Below are positions 10,344-20,866 of a stretch of 64,000 nucleotides of DNA, piece by piece. This DNA is from an uncultured Phycisphaerales bacterium (GTDB lineage Bacteria; Planctomycetota; Phycisphaerae; Tepidisphaerales; Tepidisphaeraceae), in the NCBI GenBank assembly GCA_963755915.1, contig CAVWLP010000002.1, forward strand, positions 1,216,001-1,280,000. Reading direction: 5' to 3'. Positions within the stretch are counted from its first letter, which is position 1. Each line of letters begins with the position of its first letter. A program made the position numbers and the translations under genes. The notes beneath the pieces were generated by a model. That model was not told where the DNA came from, ran no database searches, and saw only the letters and a list, made by a program, of their open reading frames with translations.

Positions 10344-12347
10344 ATGGGATTGTTGGAATCGATTCGTATTCCGACGGACATTCGTCGCCTCACCATGGAA
10401 GAGTTGACGACGCTTGCCTCGGAAATCCGTGACCGTATCGTTCAATCCGTCAGTCAAAATGGGGGTCATCTCGCCAGTAACCTCGGCGTAGCCGAGCTTA
10501 CGATCGCCCTCCACTACGTTTACGACCTCGGTCCCTATCCCACCGGCCCAGACTGGCTCCTCTGGGACGTCGGCCACCAGTGCTACGCCCACAAAATGCT
10601 CAGCGGCCGCCTCGCGAAGTTCCCAACCCTTCGCAAAAAGGGCTCCGTCAGCGGCTTCCCTAACCCCGACGAATCCCCCTACGACCTCTTCTCCGTCGGT
10701 CATGCGGGCACCGCCATCAGCACCGCCGTCGGAATGGCCCGCGGCTGCGACCTCATGCGCCGCACCGGCAACGTCATCGCCGTCGTCGGCGATGCCTCTA
10801 TCGTAAATGGTTTGGCCTTCGAGGGTTTAAACAACGCCGGAACCTTAAAACGGCAAATGCTGGTCATCCTGAACGACAACGGCATGAGCATCAGCCAGCC
10901 CCAGGGCGCCTTCAGCCAATACCTCGAGCGCATCCGCGTCAGCACCACCTACGGCGAAGCCAAACGCCTCGCCGAAAAATTCGTCGGCCGCCTTCCGCCC
11001 ACCGTCGGGCACACCGTCGAGCAGGTCTGGCGCCATGTCACCGATGGCGTAAAAAGCGCCATCTGGCCCGGCCAGATCTTCGAAACCCTCGGCCTCAAAT
11101 ATTTTGGCCCCCTCGATGGTCACGACATTCCCGGAATGATCGACCTCCTCGCCGAAATCAAGCACGTTCAGGCCCCCGTCCTCCTTCACGTGAAGACGGT
11201 CAAAGGCAACGGCTACGAAATCGCCAGCGCCGAGCCGACCCGCTTCCACAGCCCCTCGGCATTCCAGGTCAACGGCTGCCGGGTCGAAATTATAAAAGGC
11301 CCCGGCAAAACCTGGACCTCCGCCTACGCCGACGCCATGATCGCCCTCGCCAAAAAAGACCAGCGTGTCGTCGCATTAACGGCTGCCATGCCCGACGGCA
11401 CCGGCCTCTCCAAATTCGAAAAGGAGATCCCCAACCGCTATTACGACACCGGAATCTGCGAAAGCCATCTCACCGCCATGGCCGCCGGAATGGCCAAAGC
11501 CGGAATGCGCCCCTTCGCCGCCATCTATTCCACCTTCCTCCAGAGGGCCTTCGACCAGGTCTGGCAGGAAGTCGCCCTCAATCATTTGCCCGTCTGCTTC
11601 TGCATGGACCGCGCCGGTTTCGTCGGCGACGACGGCGCCGTCCATCACGGATTCATGGACCAGGCCTTCCTGCGGCCCCTTCCCGGAATCGTCCTCATGG
11701 CTCCCAGCGACGAAGCCGAGCTCAATCGCTGCTTGCGCCTGGCGCTCACCCTCGAAACTCCCAGTGCCGTGCGCTATCCGCGCGACAACGTCCCGGCCAA
11801 AAATCTCGATGAAATCATCGACTCCGCCCTTCATGCCGCCGCCATCGAGGAATGGACCGTCGGCAAGAGCCGCACCCTCCGCACCGGCCCCGACGCCACG
11901 CTGATCGCCTACGGCGCCTTCGCCGAAAGCGCGATGGAAGTCGCCGCTTTGCTCGCCCAGGATGAAATCGAAATCGAAGTCATCGACGCCCGCTTCTGCA
12001 AGCCCCTCGATGGCGCGATGCTCTCGCGCGTCCTCCGCCCCGCCCATGCGGTGCTCACGCTCGAAGACCATTCCCTCCAAAACGGTTTCGGCTCCGCCGT
12101 CGCAGAACACGCCGTCGGCCACTCCTTGCCCACCGCGCATCTCACCGCCCTAGGCATGCCCGACCGCCTCATCGCCCACGCCACCCGCAAGCAGCAGCTT
12201 GCCGACGTCGGCCTCGACGTCACCGGCATCGCGCAAACCGTGCGCGACGCCATTCACGCCGCGCAAAACTTGCCCGCCGAAGCCCCGGCCGTCGAAGTCT
12301 CCGTCCGCGCCCCCAAAAATCGCAAGGCAATGGCTAATCAGGAATGA
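10344..12347 (+). CDS. dxs: 1-deoxy-D-xylulose-5-phosphate synthase
   Basis: GGHLASNLGVAELT, WDVGHQCYAHK, GHAGTAIS, VGDASI..G.AFEGLN, DRAGFVGDDGAVHHG. Confidence 0.97.
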   Translation: MGLLESIRIPTDIRRLTMEELTTLASEIRDRIVQSVSQNGGHLASNLGVAELTIALHYVYDLGPYPTGPDWLLWDVGHQCYAHKMLSGRLAKFPTLRKKGSVSGFPNPDESPYDLFSVGHAGTAISTAVGMARGCDLMRRTGNVIAVVGDASIVNGLAFEGLNNAGTLKRQMLVILNDNGMSISQPQGAFSQYLERIRVSTTYGEAKRLAEKFVGRLPPTVGHTVEQVWRHVTDGVKSAIWPGQIFETLGLKYFGPLDGHDIPGMIDLLAEIKHVQAPVLLHVKTVKGNGYEIASAEPTRFHSPSAFQVNGCRVEIIKGPGKTWTSAYADAMIALAKKDQRVVALTAAMPDGTGLSKFEKEIPNRYYDTGICESHLTAMAAGMAKAGMRPFAAIYSTFLQRAFDQVWQEVALNHLPVCFCMDRAGFVGDDGAVHHGFMDQAFLRPLPGIVLMAPSDEAELNRCLRLALTLETPSAVRYPRDNVPAKNLDEIIDSALHAAAIEEWTVGKSRTLRTGPDATLIAYGAFAESAMEVAALLAQDEIEIEVIDARFCKPLDGAMLSRVLRPAHAVLTLEDHSLQNGFGSAVAEHAVGHSLPTAHLTALGMPDRLIAHATRKQQLADVGLDVTGIAQTVRDAIHAAQNLPAEAPAVEVSVRAPKNRKAMANQE

Positions 12348-12519
12348 TAATCGACCCGCCTTTTCCCCCGCCACCGGTACTCCGGCCTTCGGCTCTGAGG
12401 CTCAGGCTCGAAGAGGGGAGGGCAGGGGAGGGGGTTTTCCCCGACGGGGAGATCTTGCGAAGGTGTTGCTGGTAAAATCGCTTTCGGCTAAACCAGTTGT
12501 TGTTCGCCAGGAGTTCATT

Positions 12520-14523
12520 ATGCGCTGGGCGGGTCTCCTTTTAGTCTTCTTCATCGCCGGCTGTACCACGACGCGGGAAATTACGATCACCGCCAGGCCC
12601 CCCGACACCATGATTACCGTCGACAACGGCCTTCAGAAGGGCATGGGCCAGATCACCGCCACCATTAAGTTCAAGAACGACACCGATGTCCATCTCGTCA
12701 CCGCCCAGCGCCGCGGCTACCAGGACAAAACCATCGCCCTGCATCGTGACGATCCCTCCAACAGCGTTGAAGTCGATCTCAGCCCCTATCAGAAGCACCT
12801 GAGCTTCTCCATCGTGCCGATCCCGGCAAACGTCTATGTCGATGGCACGCCGATCACCAGCGGGCCCGTTTCCCAGGCCGGCTCAGTCCAGGATTTCACC
12901 ATTGACGAGCAGGACAACTGGACGCATCACGACATCGTCGCCTCGCGCGAGGGTTGGGAGCCCGCTCGTCTCACCGTCAACTGGACCGACGCCTCCGCCG
13001 ATTACGTCCTCCAGCTCCAGCCCAAACGCAAGGACGTAACCATCACCACCAATCCCCCCGGCGCAACGGTCAATCTCGACGGCACCGACATCGGCACCGG
13101 CCCCGTCGTCGCCAAACAGCTCGCCTTTCCCTTCGACAACAGCAGCGGCCAATTCCCCAGCAAACGAATCATCATCTCTAAGGCCGGCTACGATCCCGTC
13201 GAGCGCGACATCTCCTGGGACAACGGCAAGGGCGATTACCAGATCGACCTCGTCCCCCACCAGAAAATCGTCCGCATCGTCACCGATCCCGCCGGCGCAG
13301 TCGTTAGCATCAACGGCCAACAAGCCGTCCCCGGCCCTGACGGCGTGCCCACGATTCAGCTCAGCTACGTGCCCGACAACGACGGCAATCTGCCGGTCTT
13401 TACGGCCAACGCCAGCAAACAAACCCAGCAGACCGAGTGGTATCCCGCCAACATCCCCATCGGCTGGGACGACGGCCGCAGCGAGTATTCCGTCACCCTC
13501 AAGGAAATCATGACCCGCTTCGTCCAGCAGACGACGGTCGATCTGCAGCGCGATTCCGACGGCGTCTGGCAGATCGTCCCCAAAGTTCAGCCCGATACCG
13601 TTGCGATGAAAGACATCAGCGAAGGCCCCGGCAAAGATCCCCCCACGCAGATCTTCCAGGCCCCGCACGGCTCCACGATCGGCACGCTGGCCGTCAGCCC
13701 CGACGGCACCAAAATCGTCTTCACCCTCATCTCCGGCTCCACCCGGCAGGAACTCCGCTCGCAAATCCTCGCCGTCGATACCAGCGGCCCCGGAAACGTC
13801 CAGGAAGTCACGGACGGCAAATCGCTCGACCTCATGCCCTCCTTCACGCCCGATGGCAGCCAGATCGTCTACTCCTCCAACCGCGCCGGCAAATACCTCA
13901 ACGTCTGGCGCAAGAGCCTCGACGGCGCGACCGGCATTGACCAGCTCACCTACGGCGACGAGCAGGATATGTGGCCCATGATCGACGCGATGCCTAAGCC
14001 GCGGCTATTTTACGAAGTCCTCTCCGACAGCCAGCCCGACCCGCAGCTTTACGTGGCGCCGGTGGACAGCAACCTGCGGACGGACCTGGCGACGATCCCG
14101 GTGAGTCAGCCGCGCGTGAGCCCGCGGGCGGATTCGCTGCTCTTCACCAGCGTCAACCAGCGGACTGGAAATAGAGAAATCTACCGCATCTCCGACCGCG
14201 GCGGCTCGCCGATCGAGATCACCAACGATCCCGATTCCGAGTGCTACGACCCCGCCTGGTCCAAGGACGGCAGCATGATGGCGTTCGTCTCCGACCGCTC
14301 GTTCGCGATTTTCCCCGAGCTGCACGACAACCGCGTCATCGACGTCCGCCGGCGGAATCCGGATATCTGGGTGGTGGAATTGGCCCATTCGGATAAGCCA
14401 GAGCAGGTGACGACAAACGGCAGCATCGACGACTGCCCGGCGTGGGACCCCAGCGGAAATGCCGTCTACTTCCGGAGTAACCGCGGCGGGGAGTGGGGGA
14501 TTTGGAAGATACCCGTCCGTTAG
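12520..14523 (+). CDS. Lipoprotein with PEGA-like domains and TolB-like PD40 beta-propeller
   Basis: Lipobox FIAGC; repeated IT.NPPGA.V.LDG PEGA-like units; PSFTPDG, PAWSKDG and PAWDPSG propeller repeats. Confidence 0.85.
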   Translation: MRWAGLLLVFFIAGCTTTREITITARPPDTMITVDNGLQKGMGQITATIKFKNDTDVHLVTAQRRGYQDKTIALHRDDPSNSVEVDLSPYQKHLSFSIVPIPANVYVDGTPITSGPVSQAGSVQDFTIDEQDNWTHHDIVASREGWEPARLTVNWTDASADYVLQLQPKRKDVTITTNPPGATVNLDGTDIGTGPVVAKQLAFPFDNSSGQFPSKRIIISKAGYDPVERDISWDNGKGDYQIDLVPHQKIVRIVTDPAGAVVSINGQQAVPGPDGVPTIQLSYVPDNDGNLPVFTANASKQTQQTEWYPANIPIGWDDGRSEYSVTLKEIMTRFVQQTTVDLQRDSDGVWQIVPKVQPDTVAMKDISEGPGKDPPTQIFQAPHGSTIGTLAVSPDGTKIVFTLISGSTRQELRSQILAVDTSGPGNVQEVTDGKSLDLMPSFTPDGSQIVYSSNRAGKYLNVWRKSLDGATGIDQLTYGDEQDMWPMIDAMPKPRLFYEVLSDSQPDPQLYVAPVDSNLRTDLATIPVSQPRVSPRADSLLFTSVNQRTGNREIYRISDRGGSPIEITNDPDSECYDPAWSKDGSMMAFVSDRSFAIFPELHDNRVIDVRRRNPDIWVVELAHSDKPEQVTTNGSIDDCPAWDPSGNAVYFRSNRGGEWGIWKIPVR

Positions 14524-14827
14524 GACGGGATTGCCGATTGCCGAATGGCGGATTGAAAAAGGTGCGAGCGAGATCGCTTTCTGGAGTCAGGACTTCGGTA
14601 CAAAACTTTACAGTCCGCAGACCTTGCACACCGGAAAGTTTTTAAGCCTTTTTGTTGTGCAGGGTTGCGTTCTGTTGTGCAGGAGCCCGACCACAAAGTT
14701 CAAAAAAAGAATGCCCGACCTATCAAATCGGGCACTCAAAGCCATTATGGGGAGGGGTTTTTCAACCTTCTCCGCCTTAGCGGGCAATCGTAATTATCGA
14801 CCAAATTAGCATAAAAGTCAAGTAAAG

Positions 14828-14858
14828 TACGGTGGGCGGGAGTCGAACCCGCACGCCC
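14828..14858 (-). other. tRNA 3-prime fragment (Leu-like), probable att-site remnant
   Basis: Minus strand gggcgt-GCGGG-TTCGACT-CCCGC-ccaccgta is a canonical T-arm plus acceptor 3-prime strand; no D-arm or anticodon arm upstream. Confidence 0.65.
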
Positions 14859-14901
14859 GCTAAAGCTGGGCTGGATGGGGGATTTGGGTGGCCGGTTTTC
14901 G

Positions 14902-14937
14902 TGATATCAATGATATCAATGATATCGGTGATATCGT
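14902..14937. repeat. Four tandem 9-bp units TGATATCNN
   Basis: tgatatcaa tgatatcaa tgatatcgg tgatatcgt. Confidence 0.85.
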
Positions 14938-15279
14938 GTTGAAACTCTAACCTGAAATTCGTCTTCCACCCTGACTTCGGCAAGCTCAGTCGAGTCGAGG
15001 CTAAGACCCGAAGAGAATCAAATTCGAATTCTGAAGTTCGAAATGGGGAAGGGATTCTAATCGGGTTGGGGCGGGTGAGCTGGGCGCCCGAGGGGGCGAC
15101 TGGATTCATTTCCGCAGCAACCGCACAGGGGAGTGGGGGATTCAGAAGATTCCGGTGAGGTGATGAGGGCAATTTGGGAAGCAACCCTTGTATGATGCCC
15201 TTATGACAGCTCTTTACTACGCGTGCGTCGTCCCGAATCAGGGGGCCCCGTTCCTGAGGAGCCAATATTTGGATGGCGA

Positions 15280-16035
15280 ATGAAAAATCCGCAGAATAAG
15301 GAAAATGGCATTATCGCAATTCTTGACGCTCTCGGGGCTGCCAACTACGGCGAGACGGAAATCGCGCGCTTTGTGGATTCGCGCCAACAGGTTCTTGAAC
15401 TTCTCGATGAGAAAGCATCCAATGTTTTCGGCAAAATCGACGCAGGAATGGTAACGACTTTCACTTTCAACGACACGATATTGATCGTGCTACGCACGGG
15501 ACTGACCCCACCGAAGCTTCAGGAAATTGGCAAATTCTTCTCAATAATGCGCAAATTTTTTGTTGATTCGCTCGAACACGGGATACTTTTCCGCGGATCA
15601 ATCGCGGTCGGAGACTTCTATGTCAATGACAAGACCAACACCGTGCTCGGAAAGGCCATTACCGATGCAGCTGCGTGGTATGACAAGGCAGACTGGATCG
15701 GTATTCACGCCACTCCACGAACCTCAATGGTGATACAGCGCTGGATCGAGAATTCACTTAGTATTAAAAAGGAGAATGTTCTTATCGACTACGATGTCCC
15801 GATGAAACACGGAGGCGCGGTTCGATTAAAGGCCGTAAATTGGCCGAAGATGTTCTTCAATAATTCCTATTCGCCCTGCAAAAACGATGAAGAACCAAGA
15901 GAAAAGCTCCTCCAGTTCTTGACGATTCATCAGGTTCCGGCCGGAACGGAATCTAAGTTTTTCAACACCGTCTCGTTCTTTGACCACGCGGCGAAACAAT
16001 TTTCCGGTTCACGGAAGCCAAAGAAAGCTAACTAG
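15280..16035 (+). CDS. Class III nucleotidyl-cyclase-like hypothetical protein
   Basis: IIAILDALG, FTFNDTILIV, LFRGSIAVGDF and VLGKAITDAA parallel the two metal-binding Asp strands and the RiGi..G / GxxVnxAa motifs; lower GC than the host. Confidence 0.55.
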   Translation: MKNPQNKENGIIAILDALGAANYGETEIARFVDSRQQVLELLDEKASNVFGKIDAGMVTTFTFNDTILIVLRTGLTPPKLQEIGKFFSIMRKFFVDSLEHGILFRGSIAVGDFYVNDKTNTVLGKAITDAAAWYDKADWIGIHATPRTSMVIQRWIENSLSIKKENVLIDYDVPMKHGGAVRLKAVNWPKMFFNNSYSPCKNDEEPREKLLQFLTIHQVPAGTESKFFNTVSFFDHAAKQFSGSRKPKKAN

Positions 16036-16099
16036 CCGAGGACAAGGGACGGGGACGGACAAGGAACTGGGACACAGTTAGTTTGAAACTAGCTGCGTT

Positions 16100-16245
16100 C
16101 CTAATGCCACGAAGTTAAGCTGCAACACAGTGTTTCTCCCATAGTTGCGATTTTACCTGGGCGCGAGGCTCGGTCAGATACGGAAACTGCTTCTTGGCAC
16201 GCTTCAGCACGCGCGGCTCCAGCCGACCCGGACGAAGCGGGGTCG
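16100..16245 (-). pseudogene. Remnant C-terminus and terminal IR of an IS4-family transposase
   Basis: RPGRLEPRVLKRAKKQFPYLTEPR resembles IS4-family C-termini; followed by cgtggcattag, an IS4-like end. Confidence 0.6.
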
Positions 16246-16252
16246 AACTCGA

Positions 16253-16300
16253 ACTGAATTGGACAGGACCCTTAATATTAAGGGTCCTGTCCAATTCAGT
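16253..16300. repeat. Perfect 48-bp palindrome
   Basis: actgaattggacaggacccttaat|attaagggtcctgtccaattcagt. Confidence 0.95.
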
Positions 16301-16456
16301 GATCTCAAAATACCGAGAATTGAGTTTTGCCGGTGATTCACGGCATAGGTCGGTCGAATTTGACAGCCCCATTCACGACCCCGAGACTATTTGGACATTT
16401 TTCCGCATTGCACAACCCAACTGCTAGAGGGCCACCGCCCTAGGAAATGGGATGCA

Positions 16457-17017
16457 ATGGATTACCTGAAAGCAATCCTTCCAGTTCTAACCTTCATCGC
16501 CGGTTATTTCTTGAGTAACCTCGACCGTCACCGAGATTTGCGGCGCAAGCTTCGCAATTTGAAGATGATTCTCTTCATGGAAATGTCGGCCAACTACGAA
16601 TTTCTAAACTCGGTCCTTCCGCTAAACGTGGAAGAGAAACCAATCGCCGAGCTTGTAGAAAGTGTGGCGTGGCGGTTGTCGTCTGACGTATATGACCGTT
16701 ATCTGGACCGACTTGACCAACTGCAAATTCAAGACCTAAGTAAGATCTACCAGGGCTGTGCAATGTTGAAGCGGCTTCAGGCTGACGTCAAAAAATTTCG
16801 AGCCCTCAAGGATCGCATCAACGCCGGCCCCGAAATTACGATCGAGCTGAACATGCAGGCCATGGTCCTTTCCGACGACGTCCAGATTTGCCACGAGCCC
16901 TTGGCCAAAGCCCTCGGCGTCTTTCAAAATGGGCCGTCATTTCTGCAGGGACAAAAGGCCAAACAGGGCAAACTATATGAACTCTACAAAGAAAGCTGCG
17001 AGAAATCGCGAGACTAA
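16457..17017 (+). CDS. Hypothetical protein with N-terminal TM anchor and helical body
   Basis: MDYLKAILPVLTFIAGYFLS then a charged helical region; lower GC. Confidence 0.65.
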   Translation: MDYLKAILPVLTFIAGYFLSNLDRHRDLRRKLRNLKMILFMEMSANYEFLNSVLPLNVEEKPIAELVESVAWRLSSDVYDRYLDRLDQLQIQDLSKIYQGCAMLKRLQADVKKFRALKDRINAGPEITIELNMQAMVLSDDVQICHEPLAKALGVFQNGPSFLQGQKAKQGKLYELYKESCEKSRD

Positions 17018-17164
17018 CGGGATCAGGTTCCGATCTGGGATAAATAATTCACCGCTCTCTCGCCTCGGCGAATCGACTGCTTCGCGAACCCACTGTCGCC
17101 GGGAAGGTCTGCTAGACTTAGGGCACTATGTGGTGCGCCCCCGCGACGTCAGACGTGTACTGTC

Positions 17165-18057
17165 ATGGGAAAAATGAACCCGCTCGGATTTGCCCTTTTC
17201 GGTCTGTCGTTCGGATTCATCGCGGCCCTGGCCGCGAGCGCCTTTGCTGCCGACACCCAGCCGTCCCCGCCCGAGCCGGTAGAAGTCCGCTATTCGCCGC
17301 CCATGCATCCGGCAGTGCTGGGGACGACGTTTGTGGACTGGGATTCGCTGGTGCCGCGGTATACGCCGGTGGGGCGGGCGGTGTCGGTTTTCGATAATCC
17401 CACGGCTGCGCTCCTCAAATTCGAAGTTCACATCACCACGCTGCGGCCGGGGATGCTTTCGCACGCGGTTCACCATCATGCCTGGGAGGAAATGCTGCTG
17501 ATCAAGGAGGGAAAAGTAGAAGTCTCGATCAACGGGAAGAAACATCCGGCCGGGCCGGGGTTTCTGATCTTTTTCGCTTCGCATGATCCGCACAACCTGA
17601 AAAACGTGGGGACGACGGATGCCACTTATTATGTCATCAATTTTGTGACCGATGTCGTTCACAGCGCTGAGGATCGGCCGGCGAGCGAGCAGGCCGTGCC
17701 CGGCAAACTGGCGTCCAGCGTGATTGACTGCGATGGCATTACGCCAACCGCAACGCCGACGGGGTCGCGAGTCGCCATCCTCGATTCGCCCACGCTCACG
17801 TTTCAGCGTCTGGTGATCCACATCACCACGCTGAATCCGGGTGAGAGCACTCGCTCTGACATGATCGACCCCGGCGATGAGCTGTTCATCGTCCGCTCGG
17901 GATTTCTGGAAGCGACAGTCAACGGCGTTACCTCCCGCATGAAGGAAGGCTCGCTCTTCTATTGCGCCCGAACGACAAGCGGGCGTTCAAGAACATCGGG
18001 GCTGCACCGGCGAGTTATCAGGTCTTCAAAGTCGTCTCGGACAAGTCGCCGCGTTAA
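17165..18057 (+). CDS. Secreted double-cupin protein (frameshift near 17965)
   Basis: Signal peptide; two HITTLxPG units, HHHAWEEMLLIKEG, PHNLKNVG; the corrected frame ends ..DKSPR-TAA at 18057. Confidence 0.8.
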
Positions 18058-18182
18058 GACGGATCACTCACCGCGGAGCACGCCAAGAGACTTCGGTGAA
18101 CTCAGTCGAACCGTGCCAAGAAAATACAAAACCGGAATTTCCTCCGCGATCTTTGCGCTCTCCGCGGTGACGTGCAAAACAT

Positions 18183-20866
18183 TCAGCGCGATTCCGCGAA
18201 ATCGGCGTAGGGGGAGACGCTTGCTTCCTTGACGGCGGGGGCGTTTGTCGTCGGCCGCATGCAGATCGCGACCACGTTTTGCGCGGTCGGGCCGAAGTTG
18301 AGCCAGCATTCGGGGAGGAAGAAATCCTTCTGCGGGCCGATTTCCCACCACCGGCCGAGCTGGTGGCCGTTGAGGTAGATAAACCCGTTTCCGTCGGCTT
18401 CGATGTGGAGCTTCCAGGGGACCCAGACGTGCGGATTAGCGGCCGGCAAGGGGAATTTCAGGCGGTACCAGACGAGGTTGATGGGCGTGTTTGCGGGGGG
18501 ATCGACAGCGGCGTGGGAATCGAGTTTGACGTCGGTCCAGTTGGAGTCGTCGAGATCGGCGGCCTGCCAGTTGTTGGCCAAGCCGGTGGTTTGGGTGGAG
18601 ATTTGCCACTGGATGGGCAGGGCGCTGGGGGAGTTGACCGGGTCGAGTTCGGCGCTGCCGCCAATGCCGGCATGCGGGTGCTTGCGACGACGATGACGGA
18701 AATGGTGTTGCGGCCGGGGTGGAGAAGGTTCGTCAGGTCGTAGCGCGGCGGGCCGGCTTTGCCGAGGATGATGGAGCCGTTCACGTAAACATGGCGCTGG
18801 CCGGAGAGGGCGCCGAAGACAAGCTGGCGCTGGCCGGCGGCGATGTCGGCCTGAGTCAGGTCAAAATGTGTGCGGAAGACGGAGGTTTGCTGGGGGCGAA
18901 CTTGATTGGGGCGGTTGTCGATGTTGGTGGAGGCCCAGGTGGAATCATCGACATCGGTGGCGACGTCGGGGGTGGGATCGCCGGTCTCGGGTTTGCGAAC
19001 CCACTCGGGCAGGTCCATGGGCAAAAGTCCGCCTGACGAGACGGCGAGATTTTTGAGGCCGCAGCGGGCGTCGATTCCGCCGCCGTTATCGCGGCCGCCG
19101 TTTTCGTAGAGCAGCTCAAGTTGGTTGGAGCCGGTGGAGAGGTTGGAGAGGATAGCGCCGACGGTGCCGCGGCCGTGGTGTTTGGTCTCCATGCGATTGC
19201 CGTTGAGCGAGCCGATAAAGTCATCCTGCCAGGAGAGATCGGCGGAGATCATGGCGGGGACGGAAGTGGAGAGGGTGAATGGGGCGGATTTAAAGAAGAC
19301 GTATCCGCGGTTAAAGACGCCGACGTCTTCGATGGAGTCGCCGGTGGGGAGATCGCGCCAGGAGCCATCGATGGGGCCGGGGTCGACCTGGGTGCGCACG
19401 TCGGCGATGGTCACGGGAGCGGGGAGATTCGTTGGGCGCGCGGGGGGAGTGACGGCTTGGGGATACCACTGGCCCTTGGAGGCATCGGTTACGCCGGGCG
19501 GGAGATAGAGGATTTTCGCGTCGTAGGGAGTTAAGTCGTACTGGACGTTTCCGGTAATGGTGTTGGCGACCGGAAAGGAGCCGGAGGCGGGGCTGTTTTG
19601 CTGGTCGTTGAAGACGAAGAGGAAAAGGCTGCCGTCGCGGCCTTTGCGAAGCTGGCCGGAGATTCCATCGGGGGCGTTGGTGCCGGAGATATCGACATCC
19701 TGGGAGCGGGCGAGCTGTGCGCCGTGATCCTTGAGGAAATTGGCCATTGACTGGACGGCGAAATAGCGTGGTCCGACGCCGCCCCATTCGCGGATGGGGG
19801 CGGCGTAGTCATAGCTGGTGGTTTTGTTGGCGGAGCCCCAGTCCCAGAGGTTGGTGCCGCCGAACATCATGTAATAGTTGGAGCCGGTATATCCGTTTGC
19901 CCAGGCGAGGAGGGTGACGTGGGTGATCTGCTGGGCGGTGAATCCCTGGTCGCCGCTGAGACGATTGCCGTTTTCGGAAAACCATCCGCCCTGCAGCTCG
20001 GTGATCATGCGGGGTTTTTCCGGCTGGTAGGTTTTCAGGACGTTGATGTCGCGCAGCTCGTTGTCGGGATTGAAGCCGGGATACGTGTTGCGGCACTCGA
20101 TGACGTTGGCGAGGAGATAGGGATCCTGCCGGTAGAGGGGCGATTCGCTGGTCATGCAGGTGATCAGCGGCACGTCGATGCCGAGATCTCGTGAGTCGTG
20201 GGCGAGGGCCTGTAGCTGGTGGAGTTTTACCTCGGCGGGGAATTGGGCGTAGTTATATTCATTTTCGATCTGCCAGAGGATGACGCCGGGCTTTCCGGTG
20301 GGCATGTGAGTGATCTGGAAGGGGACGGCGACCTTGGCAACCTCGGTGTACCAGTGCCTGCACCATTGGAGATAGACCGGATCGTCACTGCGGTACCAAT
20401 GCTCGGGGGCCGTCGCGGGGCGCTTGGTGACGAGCCACTGGGGATATCCGCCGCCGTCCCACTCGGCGCAGATGTAGGGGCCGGGGCGAAGGATGACGTA
20501 GAGACCGAACTGGTTGATAGCCATGTTGAGCCAGTCGGTGAGATCGGTCATGTCGACCTTCGAATAATCATCGGGAGAGGACGGCATCTGCTGCTCGTGC
20601 CAGTTCCAGGCGACGTAGGTTTCGACGCAGTTCATGCCGGCGTCTTTCATTTTCTGGAAGCGGTCGGCCCAGAGGGCCTTGGGGCAGCGGAAGTAGTGGA
20701 AGGAGCCGCTGTAGAGGAAGGTGTCCTTGCCGTCGATGATGAAGCACTGGTTGTCGTAACTAATTCGGGGAGATGTGGTGGCTTGGGCAGATGCGTCGGG
20801 GGCCGATGCGAAAGTCGCGAAGGCGCTCGCGGCGGCGAGCACGGCGACAAGAGCGTGTCTGATCAT
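18183..20866 (-). CDS. GH35 beta-galactosidase, secreted (frameshift near 18680)
   Basis: SGSFHYFR, ETYVAWNWHE, LRPGPYICAEWDGGGYP, QIENEY, TELQGGWF, NYYMMFGGTN, TSYDYAAPI; C-terminal LNGHQLGRWW in ORF 18183-18581. Confidence 0.92.

Noticed and set aside
14600-14820. DnaA-box cluster
   Set aside because: The tgtgca motifs do not fit TTWTNCACA well enough to call oriC from sequence
14828-14900. Full-length tRNA gene
   Set aside because: Only the T-arm and acceptor 3-prime strand are present; no D-arm, anticodon arm or matching 5-prime strand
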